A DNA stretch of 64,000 nucleotides from Verrucomicrobiota bacterium (GTDB taxonomy: Bacteria; Verrucomicrobiota; Verrucomicrobiia; Verrucomicrobiales; DEV007), in contig JASFYY010000030.1 in the NCBI GenBank assembly GCA_045046875.1, positions 1-64,000 of the forward strand. The letters are read 5' to 3'. Each line of letters begins with the position of its first letter. Positions within the stretch are counted from its first letter, which is position 1. Shown one piece after another: positions 42,070 to 50,045 of the stretch. A model generated the notes under the pieces. It made no database searches and was not told the origin of the DNA. It saw only the letters and a list, made by a program, of their open reading frames with translations. The position numbers and the translations under genes were made by a program.

Positions 42070-42425
42070 TGCTTCAAGGGAGCTTGAGTGAGAGTCTCGG
42101 TTGAATCCGCAAATTTAAGCTCATTTTCAGCAAGTGAAAAATCATCACCGCAGTATGGGCATTGATTGATCGAGTGAGCAAGTTCAGGGATTTGCAAATG
42201 ACCTTCACTGGGCAGCATCGAGATGCATTGGTCACAACTTGGGCAGCGATCACGTTTTTCGAACACTCGGAAAATAAATCCAAAACCTATTAAGTAAATG
42301 AGGAAAGGGAATCTCTCGTAGTGATTGATCAACCACCAGGAGGAGAGAACCACAAAAACAAGCAGGGCAACTTGCCTGAAAGCAATCGTTTTACGCCGAG
42401 CATTAATTTTATCACGCGAAGTCAT
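42066..42425 (-). CDS. Hypothetical membrane protein with a Zn-ribbon-like motif
   Basis: Two TMs, CPSC...CPYC. Confidence 0.6.
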   Translation of the reverse strand: MTSRDKINARRKTIAFRQVALLVFVVLSSWWLINHYERFPFLIYLIGFGFIFRVFEKRDRCPSCDQCISMLPSEGHLQIPELAHSINQCPYCGDDFSLAENELKFADSTETLTQAPLKQ

Positions 42426-42508
42426 GAGGCCTGCATTTATCTAAGCAAATTTAGCATAGCGAAATATCTAAGGGAGAACCAGCCTTATTCCCTCCCTCCG
42501 TATATTCG

Positions 42509-42536
42509 ATTTCACATTACATGTAGTGTGCGATAC
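42509..42536 (-). other. attL: dif-like hybrid site with a degenerate XerC-type arm
   Basis: ATTTCACATTA-CATGTA-GTGTGCGATAC; 42507-42533 matches 50912-50938 at 26/27. Confidence 0.85.
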
Positions 42537-42550
42537 AAGGAAGTAACATG

Positions 42551-42796
42551 TTAGTTAACAGTATGCAAATCCTTAAGATATGCAAGCCTTGCTGAGCGGT
42601 AAAACTTGTATTCTCGCAAGCTTTTTATTCCATAATAACGCCGCCCAGAACAGCGTATAAACTTTACTTCTCCCTTAACCGCTAATTGGTTAAGACGAGG
42701 GCGGCTAACATCAAGCATAGTCATAGCAAGCGTAGGCGGAAAAATTCCATCTTGCTCACGTTGAAAGCTAAGAAACCTTGAATGACCACTAGCCAT
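42551..42796 (-). CDS. Prophage Xis/MerR-type HTH DNA-binding protein
   Basis: AMTMLDVSRPRLNQLAVKGEV...GRRYY resembles excisionase-type winged HTH. Confidence 0.6.
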   Translation of the reverse strand: MASGHSRFLSFQREQDGIFPPTLAMTMLDVSRPRLNQLAVKGEVKFIRCSGRRYYGIKSLREYKFYRSARLAYLKDLHTVN

Positions 42797-42829
42797 GATG
42801 AAGCGTCAGACTAGACGCGGTGAACGGAG

Positions 42830-43105
42830 TTTTAAGAGATAAAACAGCCAATTTTGTTTTATGGAAATTAGAATATAAGGACAAAAAAAATTTCATTTTA
42901 ATTATTTAATCTTACTAAATTTAAAGTAAACCGAACTAAAGAGCAAGCGAAAGCGCCCACATGGGCGTTGACTCTGCAAATTAAGAAGGGGTTTGCCACC
43001 CCAAACCCCGCTAAACTGATGCAGTTTAATCCAATATTGCCTGCCGGCGGCTTACCCCCTCCGCCCCCTAAAGGGGGAACGGGAGAAGTCGTTTAAGAGA
43101 TAAAA
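42830..43105. promoter_or_regulatory. Prophage intergenic region with clustered hairpins (candidate origin/packaging signal)
   Basis: Hairpins at 42954-42967, 42988-43009, 43012-43028, 43064-43077; located after the secretin gene like the Ff intergenic region. Confidence 0.55.
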
Positions 43106-43339
43106 ACTAAATTCCATTCCAGCAATATTCATAACAACCTTAAAATAAGACAGTTAAAAGGCCATTGAAAAACAGTTTCCCAGGCAAAAGACAATATCCA
43201 AAAAACAAAAGCTTAAGGATGGTTGCCAAGACGACGAAAAGACAAAAGGAAGCCTAGGGCGGCAACCCTTTCTAATTTTTTATTAGTGCTTCGCAGAAAA
43301 AAAGGACATTCATTTTTAATAAGTTCCAAATAATCGCGC

Positions 43340-44587
43340 TTATTTATGCCTCCTAGATGAAAGAAAAGACTTCTTTAAAGTTTTTTTACTCGATGAAAAA
43401 GGCAGTTTGAAGCGTGAAAACAGCTTTTTACGGGGTTTTACAGGCTCAACGGGCAGTTGCATAGGGTCAAAAGTGGCAAGGGCAGGGGAAACAGATTCTG
43501 CAATCGCTGGGACAACTCGAAGCAATAACGCAATCTCACGCCGTGCATTTGATTCATCCTTTTTAAAACCAATCCCAAACAAACCCTTTTGTTTAAATTT
43601 ACGCACCTCCTGACCCTTTAACCCTCCAACGGCATACCATTTGCCCAAAACCGGACGAAAACGACTCTCCCAGACCTGTGAAGCTATTTCCGGTATCAAA
43701 TTGCCGTCAATCTCAGTTTCCCCGGCTACATCCTCAGATATTTGATTCACATTGATTTCAACGCCTGATCCCAATTGCACCAAATCAACAGTAAGAGTAA
43801 GAGCAACGCGCCGAAACTCGATGGAGTTCCGGACATTACCATTACCTTGTTGATCAGAGATAGGAACGGCAATTTCCCGCCCAGATGAAATTTTACCAGT
43901 TTCGCCACTAGAAAGAATAATTGAAGGCCTAGCGACCACATCGAGCCTACCGGAATCCTGTAAACGATCAATTGCTAGCGTGAGCCAATCCGTTTTTAAA
44001 TCCAATCTGCCCGGAGAACTTAAAATTGAATGATTATCAAAACTAAGGCGATCACCTTCCGAATATTTCAGAACCCAATCAAGTGAAAACTTTTCGCCAT
44101 TAGAAATATTAGCAAAACCGATAACAGCCTCAACTCGATACTGATCACCAGCAATATCAATAGCGCCTAACATAGCTTCAATCATTGGAGCCTGGTCCTC
44201 ATCCAATCTGACAATCACTTGATTGCCTACTGGATTAATCATCCAATCAATTCGCGTATTGGTTCCAGAGTTTTGACGGAAAAACTCAATATTAGGAACA
44301 GCCCTATTAACGAATTTGCGAACAATAACAACTTGTTCAGATTTCTCTGATGGGTCAGAAACAGGGGCAGGGGAGGGGAGCAAAGGTTTTTCAACCATTA
44401 AAGGCTGTGGAGCTTTTTCTTGCTCATCATCCAAACCAGTTTTTTCTTTTTCAGAATCATTTTCAGACTCTGCGCGGGCATCCATGGAAGCGCCTATAGC
44501 ACCAAACAAACCGCGACCGCTAGAAAGCCTATTTTTAACACCCCAACCGATGCCAACCAGCAACAACACTACTATTAATAATTTCAT
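43340..44587 (-). CDS. Phage secretin (pIV-like)
   Basis: ARPSII..SGETGKISSGREIAVP...IEFRRVALTLTV...VGGL...REIALLL secretin pattern; AAGGAG RBS; follows pI. Confidence 0.85.
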   Translation of the reverse strand: MKLLIVVLLLVGIGWGVKNRLSSGRGLFGAIGASMDARAESENDSEKEKTGLDDEQEKAPQPLMVEKPLLPSPAPVSDPSEKSEQVVIVRKFVNRAVPNIEFFRQNSGTNTRIDWMINPVGNQVIVRLDEDQAPMIEAMLGAIDIAGDQYRVEAVIGFANISNGEKFSLDWVLKYSEGDRLSFDNHSILSSPGRLDLKTDWLTLAIDRLQDSGRLDVVARPSIILSSGETGKISSGREIAVPISDQQGNGNVRNSIEFRRVALTLTVDLVQLGSGVEINVNQISEDVAGETEIDGNLIPEIASQVWESRFRPVLGKWYAVGGLKGQEVRKFKQKGLFGIGFKKDESNARREIALLLRVVPAIAESVSPALATFDPMQLPVEPVKPRKKLFSRFKLPFSSSKKTLKKSFLSSRRHK

Positions 44588-45341
44588 TTTGTGACTCCTT
44601 TTTTACTCTCATTTTAACCAAGATAGGAAATTCAAGCTCGAGCAAAGCTATAATCCTTTTTAAAACACTAACCTTTTTAACTTGCCGTCTTTTAATTCGG
44701 GCACGCTGATTTTGTGCCATGCCTTGCATAAGTGAATCTAGCATAGCCTCCGTTTTGTAGCAGCGACCAACGGACATAGTGAACCGCGCAAACTTACGCC
44801 GCATAATCAAACCCGATTTAGCATCTCGACAAACCCAAACAAATATTTGACCGAACATTTTACCAATCAAAGGAAGAGTAATATGTTTTAAATTCACTGC
44901 CGACCAAATCACTTGAGACTGTTTTCTGAATTGTGAATTCATCGTGGTTTTGTCCTGGGTAATGAAAATAACATCAACCCCCGCTTTACGACTTTGAGTT
45001 AAGAAAGAAAGCATATCACCATCTTTTGATTGCGTCTCTTTCCACTTATGCGCGTTATACCAAAGATGCCCCTCGTCAATCGTAACGAGAACAGGACATT
45101 CAAGAGAGCCCCAGTCTACAAGTTTCCACCAATCTGTTAAACCATCAGCAACAGGCAAACTTTTTAATTGTTTCGAATCAAATTCAACCCCATAGCGCGC
45201 CGCTAAATAACGAGTCACATGATCATGGTCAAATTCAATATTGGTAAAAGCCGTACCGCCAGCAGCTAAATGCTCAATCGTATTGACTACAGCCAAATAA
45301 GTTTTACCACCCCCGATTTTCCCCTCAATTATAGAAATCAT
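44535..45341 (-). CDS. Phage morphogenesis ATPase pI (Zot family)
   Basis: GKIGGGKT Walker A, VTIDEGH Walker B, SRKAGVDVIFITQ motif. Confidence 0.92.
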   Translation of the reverse strand: MISIIEGKIGGGKTYLAVVNTIEHLAAGGTAFTNIEFDHDHVTRYLAARYGVEFDSKQLKSLPVADGLTDWWKLVDWGSLECPVLVTIDEGHLWYNAHKWKETQSKDGDMLSFLTQSRKAGVDVIFITQDKTTMNSQFRKQSQVIWSAVNLKHITLPLIGKMFGQIFVWVCRDAKSGLIMRRKFARFTMSVGRCYKTEAMLDSLMQGMAQNQRARIKRRQVKKVSVLKRIIALLELEFPILVKMRVKKESQNEIINSSVVAGWHRLGC

Positions 45342-45346
45342 TTTTA

Positions 45347-45670
45347 TTAATTAGCGACTGTTGGAATAAAGCTTTTGATCCAACGAAACAAAAGCAACGC
45401 TGAAAACATGGTGAAATACGCAAGGCTCATTGCGAGAGTTTCAGACAAGGCAAAAAAATGATTCACTAAACCCGAAACCTCAGCAACAGCGCTGAAATTC
45501 AGATTAGAAAACATCATTTGCGACGAGAGAAAAGAAGCAAAATTTACAAGCAAATCTGCAAGCATACCAGTAACCGATTCAATCACGGCAACCACTGGCA
45601 AAACGAAAAGACTAAGTTTAGCTAACATTTTAGCCATAAACTCAGCAATCCTAACTAATAACAAGGCCAT
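45347..45670 (-). CDS. Minor coat protein pVI-like
   Basis: 107-aa hydrophobic ORF between pIII and pI, ending RWIKSFIPT. Confidence 0.7.
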   Translation of the reverse strand: MALLLVRIAEFMAKMLAKLSLFVLPVVAVIESVTGMLADLLVNFASFLSSQMMFSNLNFSAVAEVSGLVNHFFALSETLAMSLAYFTMFSALLLFRWIKSFIPTVAN

Positions 45671-45673
45671 GTT

Positions 45674-47440
45674 TTATATTTTTAAAGTTTTATAGGACAA
45701 CGTGAGAAAACCGACACTCATAAAAATGAGAGTGCAAAGCCGAACCATGCCCCAAACCGAACTTGTGAAATCCAGCTTTAAAGGAAAATTTGCACCTAGA
45801 AGAGTAAAACTTTTATCAATCATAGCCACGTCACCCGAAAAGGCCGGAATCGTAGGCAATGACATAAATTTACCATTATCAGAAAGACTATCTTTCAAAA
45901 TTTCCAAATCATTAAATGAATCAGTTAAAGCTGTAGCAGATTCTACACCCGACAAATCTCCCGATTCCATATCGAGATTATTAGCATAACCCAAAGCCTC
46001 AGCGTCAATACGCCGTATTTCACCAGCAACATCACCATCACCCGTAATTTTTACACTTGATGAATTATCAATCTCTGTAATTTCTGGTGGAAGGGGAATA
46101 GAACCCGTAAAACCATTAGTGTTTGAAACCGTAGTTGAAGTAGTCCCGTCTGGATTTGTTGTAGTGACGACCTGACTAGCCGTGGTTGAGCCGTCCGAGC
46201 CAATCACAGAAGAACCCGATGTTGTGACCGTTCCAGACCCGCCAACAATTGCACCACGTAAATTGAGCTCAGAAACACTAAGAGTTCCACCGCCGATTTG
46301 CTCAACCGGCGTACCTGATTGAGTCGTGACAGTTAATCCAGAAGCCGACTCTAGCGCATAATTCCTATCAACAGTCGTCTGACCATTGCCAACAGCAATC
46401 GTTTCAACTGGCCTTTCACCGTCTTGGATAACTATAATTTGTGGAGCTCCAGATTGATTGTCAACATTAAGCCGCACAGTAAAATCATCAGCAGGGTTAA
46501 AAGTCAAATTCCCCGCCGATTGAGTACGCGTAGATGCACCAACCACAAAAGAAGGATCAAAAGAAGGATCAAGAGCACCAGTAGGAACAACAAAAATCTG
46601 AGTGCCAGGCGGCAAATCTTGCGAACCGGAAATCTGCAAAGTTTGCCCAGGAGCGATATCAATAGCTCCATTTGTTAAACTAATTTGCTGCCCATCAGGA
46701 GTCAAAGCAAAGACCTCCAAAGACCGTGTGGTATCGTCATTATTAGTGACCTGATAATCAAAATCAAGACCCTCAATTTCCGGGGGAGCGGCAGTAGAAA
46801 CACCTGGCCGACCAGTTGCCGGAACCTCAATAGAATAAAGATTAATACCCTCAACAGGAAAAGAAATCGAACTAGAAGTAACAGACCCCAAAGAAATAGA
46901 AAGGCCAACGGTTACACTGCCAGAAAGTAACAATTCAAAGGAAACACTGTCCAGAATAGTCTCTGAATTATAATCGAGCAATTGAAACGTACCAAAAATA
47001 GAACCCTCAGCAATAACATTAATAGGCGGGTCAGTTGTCTGAGGATAAAGCCTGCCATCATCTGACCCCGCTGTACCATAACTTTTAAAACCTCTAACAG
47101 TATTAAAATTATGAGTTAAAGCGCGAATGCTCTCAGCAGGAACGCTAGTGGCGATTTTATCAACACTCAGCGCATAAATTGCATGTTGACCAGAGTCTAA
47201 AAGAATTCGAACTTTAAAATGCTTTTGAGTCAACGCCTGATTGTGCACATTAAAGGGAATATTAGCACTCTTAAAACTAAAAATTGCCGCACCAGAAACA
47301 ACCGTTCCATCATTAAAAGTTAGATTTTCGCCTCCCAAATATTTACGAGAACCCGTAAAATCAGTCGTTATTTTATAGCCCTGAGCGGCTAACTCACTTG
47401 ATAAACCAAGAATTAATACCGTAAATACTAACAAGCGCAA
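45674..47440 (-). CDS. Receptor-binding minor coat protein pIII-like
   Basis: Probable TTG start at 47440 (MRLLVFTVLILGLSSELAAQ signal peptide, GGGGGG upstream); beta-rich body, G/S/T linker, C-terminal TM; syntenic position. Confidence 0.75.
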   Translation of the reverse strand: MRLLVFTVLILGLSSELAAQGYKITTDFTGSRKYLGGENLTFNDGTVVSGAAIFSFKSANIPFNVHNQALTQKHFKVRILLDSGQHAIYALSVDKIATSVPAESIRALTHNFNTVRGFKSYGTAGSDDGRLYPQTTDPPINVIAEGSIFGTFQLLDYNSETILDSVSFELLLSGSVTVGLSISLGSVTSSSISFPVEGINLYSIEVPATGRPGVSTAAPPEIEGLDFDYQVTNNDDTTRSLEVFALTPDGQQISLTNGAIDIAPGQTLQISGSQDLPPGTQIFVVPTGALDPSFDPSFVVGASTRTQSAGNLTFNPADDFTVRLNVDNQSGAPQIIVIQDGERPVETIAVGNGQTTVDRNYALESASGLTVTTQSGTPVEQIGGGTLSVSELNLRGAIVGGSGTVTTSGSSVIGSDGSTTASQVVTTTNPDGTTSTTVSNTNGFTGSIPLPPEITEIDNSSSVKITGDGDVAGEIRRIDAEALGYANNLDMESGDLSGVESATALTDSFNDLEILKDSLSDNGKFMSLPTIPAFSGDVAMIDKSFTLLGANFPLKLDFTSSVWGMVRLCTLIFMSVGFLTLSYKTLKI

Positions 47441-47558
47441 TAAACCCCCCAAGAATTGTCGAAATACCCTCGTTGAAAATCGCAATAAAACCCGTTGCAG
47501 GCTCATTGATTTTTTGAAGCTCTGCCAAAATTTGAGTAAGTAATTCATTATCAGTCAT
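47394..47558 (-). CDS. Small single-TM phage protein (minor coat pVII/pIX-like candidate), 54 aa
   Basis: MTDNELLTQ...ISTILGGFIALVSIYGINSWFIK; overlaps the pIII start. Confidence 0.55.
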   Translation of the reverse strand: MTDNELLTQILAELQKINEPATGFIAIFNEGISTILGGFIALVSIYGINSWFIK

Positions 47559-47569
47559 TACGTAAAGGG

Positions 47570-47944
47570 CTAAGACCAATCAGCGTCGTCTGGATGCGAG
47601 TCTCTCAGAAACTCTTGATATGCCGCCTCATTTTCCTCTGCGGTCATTTCGTTTCCACTCGCATCATAAAAAGTTTGAGGTTCAGCACTCAGTAAATCAC
47701 CATCATCATTGTAAGAATATTCAACGCCATTCTCAACATATTGATTAGGATGAGCAGATTCATTCATACCGTGTAAATCCCAATCCTCCATTTGTTCTTG
47801 TAAATAATCATCATCACCATTAACTAAAATTTTAAAAGTGCTGATGACTTTCTCAACTACAAAAAGAGTAATCACAGCAATCAAGCCACCCAATAAAAAA
47901 AGTTTTATTTCAGAATCCGCGTAATCAAAAAGAGTATCAAACAT
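47570..47944 (-). CDS. Phage protein with N-terminal TM and highly acidic C-terminal domain
   Basis: LFLLGGLIAVITLFVV followed by a D/E-rich tail. Confidence 0.65.
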   Translation of the reverse strand: MFDTLFDYADSEIKLFLLGGLIAVITLFVVEKVISTFKILVNGDDDYLQEQMEDWDLHGMNESAHPNQYVENGVEYSYNDDGDLLSAEPQTFYDASGNEMTAEENEAAYQEFLRDSHPDDADWS

Positions 47945-47969
47945 AAGAATAAATAGATTAAATTAAATA

Positions 47970-48007
47970 GTTTTAAGAGGGGATGAATAAACACCCCCCC
48001 TTAAAAC
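47970..48007 (-). terminator. Hairpin after the major coat gene
   Basis: Minus strand GTTTTAAGGGGGGGTG-TTTATT-CATCCCCTCTTAAAAC; position equals the Ff post-gene-VIII terminator. Confidence 0.65.
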
Positions 48008-48015
48008 GATCAACC

Positions 48016-48231
48016 CTAGCTGATGATGCGTTTAGCAGCACGCAGCACGAACACGGCACCAATCACGATACCGACCACAGCAACAGCGGCAGGAATCACC
48101 AAGCCAAGTTCAGTGGAAATGTCACCAGTAGCAGTGACAAGATCAGCACCAACACCAGCCTGAGCTGATCCAGAAGCCAACAACGATGCACCCGCAAGAG
48201 CGCCCAACAGCATGTTTTTATTTTTTTTCAT
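48016..48231 (-). CDS. Major coat protein (pVIII-like)
   Basis: 25-aa signal peptide ending AQA; 46-aa mature protein with acidic N-part, TM and basic RAAKR end. Confidence 0.88.
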   Translation of the reverse strand: MKKNKNMLLGALAGASLLASGSAQAGVGADLVTATGDISTELGLVIPAAVAVVGIVIGAVFVLRAAKRIIS

Positions 48232-48251
48232 GTTTTTCTTATTTTGTCTAA

Positions 48252-48356
48252 TTAACCGCCGACAGCATCAAAAACCAGCCTAACCCCAGATATAACTACG
48301 CCAACAGCTCGCAAACCGAACCAAAGCAAAATTAAACTGGAAGCTGTCAATACCAT
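48252..48356 (-). CDS. Small hydrophobic ORF (34 aa), pIX/pVII-like; not in the ORF track
   Basis: Manual translation MVLTASSLILLWFGLRAVGVVISGVRLVFDAVGG*, immediately upstream of the coat gene. Confidence 0.6.
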   Translation of the reverse strand: MVLTASSLILLWFGLRAVGVVISGVRLVFDAVGG

Positions 48357-48372
48357 CTATAAACGATTAAAT

Positions 48373-48552
48373 CTATAATGCCGCTCCCCGTGCTACCTCG
48401 GCAGGAGTCACCAACCGAGAGCCCGCAGTCATAGGGAGAAGCAAAGTTTCACTAGCTTTCAAATCTTTTAAAATTCGATAAGCTAAAATTCTCAATTCCT
48501 TACTTTTTTGGATACTCTGAAAACAGAGTTTTTTAATTTCGTTATTGTTCAT
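48373..48552 (-). CDS. Small phage protein (59 aa); not in the ORF track
   Basis: MNNNEIKKLCFQ...EVARGAAL*; ATGA overlap with the upstream 65-aa ORF. Confidence 0.55.
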   Translation of the reverse strand: MNNNEIKKLCFQSIQKSKELRILAYRILKDLKASETLLLPMTAGSRLVTPAEVARGAAL

Positions 48553-48746
48553 CCTTCAAGGAATTTAGTGGGAACATCTTTGAAGAAATCAATGTGGACT
48601 GATTGCAATTCCGCATTTTTCTTTTCCTTCACATGATCAGTTGTATGATTTAAATACTTTTTTAAAAAATCATCATCAGAAGCACCGAGCGCATAACATT
48701 CAAACTGTCTACCATCGGCATCTAAACAAATAAATTTAACTCTCAT
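48549..48746 (-). CDS. Small phage hypothetical protein (65 aa)
   Basis: Co-oriented ORF within the prophage gene run. Confidence 0.55.
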   Translation of the reverse strand: MRVKFICLDADGRQFECYALGASDDDFLKKYLNHTTDHVKEKKNAELQSVHIDFFKDVPTKFLEG

Positions 48747-48842
48747 GTCAATTAAGTTTTATTTTAACAAGGAAAGGAAACCCGCTTTCCTCGGTGTGCT
48801 CTCGCAAGCTCGGCACAGTCGAGGTAAGCGGGTAATCCTTAT

Positions 48843-49217
48843 TTAAACTATCTTGATGTCTCCCATCAATTCAGGATTAGACCCTTGGTTAGTATTCGCA
48901 CTAGTGACATTGATTTCAACTGCCGCGAATTGGGGCAGGGGAACCAATGAACCAGGCGAACCCTCTTTTGCCTCTGCCATCTGTAGATGTGAAAACGAGC
49001 CTTTGCCGTCTGAAATCTCAGTGGTGACACGCTCCCAACATTTGCCTGACTTTGCCATCTTAGGCGGTGTATGGACTGACGTGACAACTAAGCCACAAGC
49101 TATCAAGCCGGTACGGTCACTGAATTTATCTTGGAGAATTCCAGCGAACATTTTAACCATTGGGCTTTCATCCGATTTATTCCCTGCCTGTCTTTCGATA
49201 ATAAGTTTTTCTGCCAT
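48843..49217 (-). CDS. Probable ssDNA-binding protein (pV-like)
   Basis: 124 aa, beta-rich, directly after Rep; assigned mainly by synteny. Confidence 0.55.
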   Translation of the reverse strand: MAEKLIIERQAGNKSDESPMVKMFAGILQDKFSDRTGLIACGLVVTSVHTPPKMAKSGKCWERVTTEISDGKGSFSHLQMAEAKEGSPGSLVPLPQFAAVEINVTSANTNQGSNPELMGDIKIV

Positions 49218-50044
49218 GATTCTATGTGTTTTTCAATGTTTTTTGCCGCTGTGTAGTATTGTTTGTTATACGGCAGCGACGCTTTACCGATAAAAACCAG
49301 ATTGTTTAAATCTGTAAAAAATGTTGATTTGAGGGATTTTAATCTTGTGACCTGTGAGCCTAAATACCTGTCCTGTGAGTCTCTAGCAATCAGCACTACA
49401 CAACACGCCCAACGGTCTAATTTTGCGCGCACTGTCCATGGTAAAAGACAGCTTTTCGGTTCGAGCTTTTTTTTTAGCTCAGTATCAATATTGCCAGTGT
49501 AAAAATGTGGGGACGTTTGCCAGAATCGCGCACGGTCGAACGTTTTTCCATCGTCGCCCTGATAATCAGCGAACCAATCAGGGATGGTGGAATTTGAACC
49601 ATCGGGATTTTTGAAAAGGTATTTGAACATATAGTCCAACGTTGCGCCCTCGATGCGTTTGATATTGACGCGACCCAATCCCCAAAACTCGCTGACCATC
49701 TGCATCTCAAACACGGTTAGTTTGCGAGTTATAGACATAGCCATGTGCCAATGTACCCAGCCATGATTCAAACCATTGCCGCCGTGAAATTCCATCTTCC
49801 AACAATGTTTAATCTCGAAATGGTCACCAAATTGCATTTTCATCATCGCGTTAAATCTACGCAAGCGGTCTAACCCTTTGAAATAACCGTCTACCTCATC
49901 CACAAATAGATCAGGATTGAGAGTTAGGGTGATGAAACGCCAATTTGTCATATCTGGCACACCCTTAGCAAGTATCTTGTTGCGCATCATCCGCACACCT
50001 TCGGGAGTAAACCAGTTTGGAAATTTGTAGTCTCTGATTTCCAT
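49103..50044 (-). CDS. HUH-superfamily rolling-circle replication initiator
   Basis: Motif I FITLT, motif II WVHWHM, motif III YMFKY. Confidence 0.88.
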   Translation of the reverse strand: MEIRDYKFPNWFTPEGVRMMRNKILAKGVPDMTNWRFITLTLNPDLFVDEVDGYFKGLDRLRRFNAMMKMQFGDHFEIKHCWKMEFHGGNGLNHGWVHWHMAMSITRKLTVFEMQMVSEFWGLGRVNIKRIEGATLDYMFKYLFKNPDGSNSTIPDWFADYQGDDGKTFDRARFWQTSPHFYTGNIDTELKKKLEPKSCLLPWTVRAKLDRWACCVVLIARDSQDRYLGSQVTRLKSLKSTFFTDLNNLVFIGKASLPYNKQYYTAAKNIEKHIESWQKNLLSKDRQGINRMKAQWLKCSLEFSKINSVTVPA

Positions 50045-50045
50045 A

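Noticed and set aside
41344..42425. Two hypothetical membrane genes as prophage cargo
   Set aside because: They lie outside attL (42509).
42537..42562. AACATG-TTAGTTAAC as a second inverted dif-like site next to attL
   Set aside because: Only the spacer-like hexamer and a gapped arm match; fold-back pairing is weak.
44590..44610. A_AAA_AAG slippery heptamer near the end of pI, suggesting a pI-pIV fusion
   Set aside because: A -1 shift hits TGA within four codons; pIV is in the +1 frame, and the AAGGAG is explained as the pIV ribosome-binding site.
44535..45341. Zot as an enterotoxin, or Zot plus secretin as a type II secretion system
   Set aside because: The context is phage morphogenesis; there is no C-terminal toxin extension and no other T2SS genes.
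47441..47548. ORF-track start of the 624-aa pIII
   Set aside because: It overlaps the 54-aa TM ORF; TTG at 47440 gives a normal signal peptide with a G-rich RBS.
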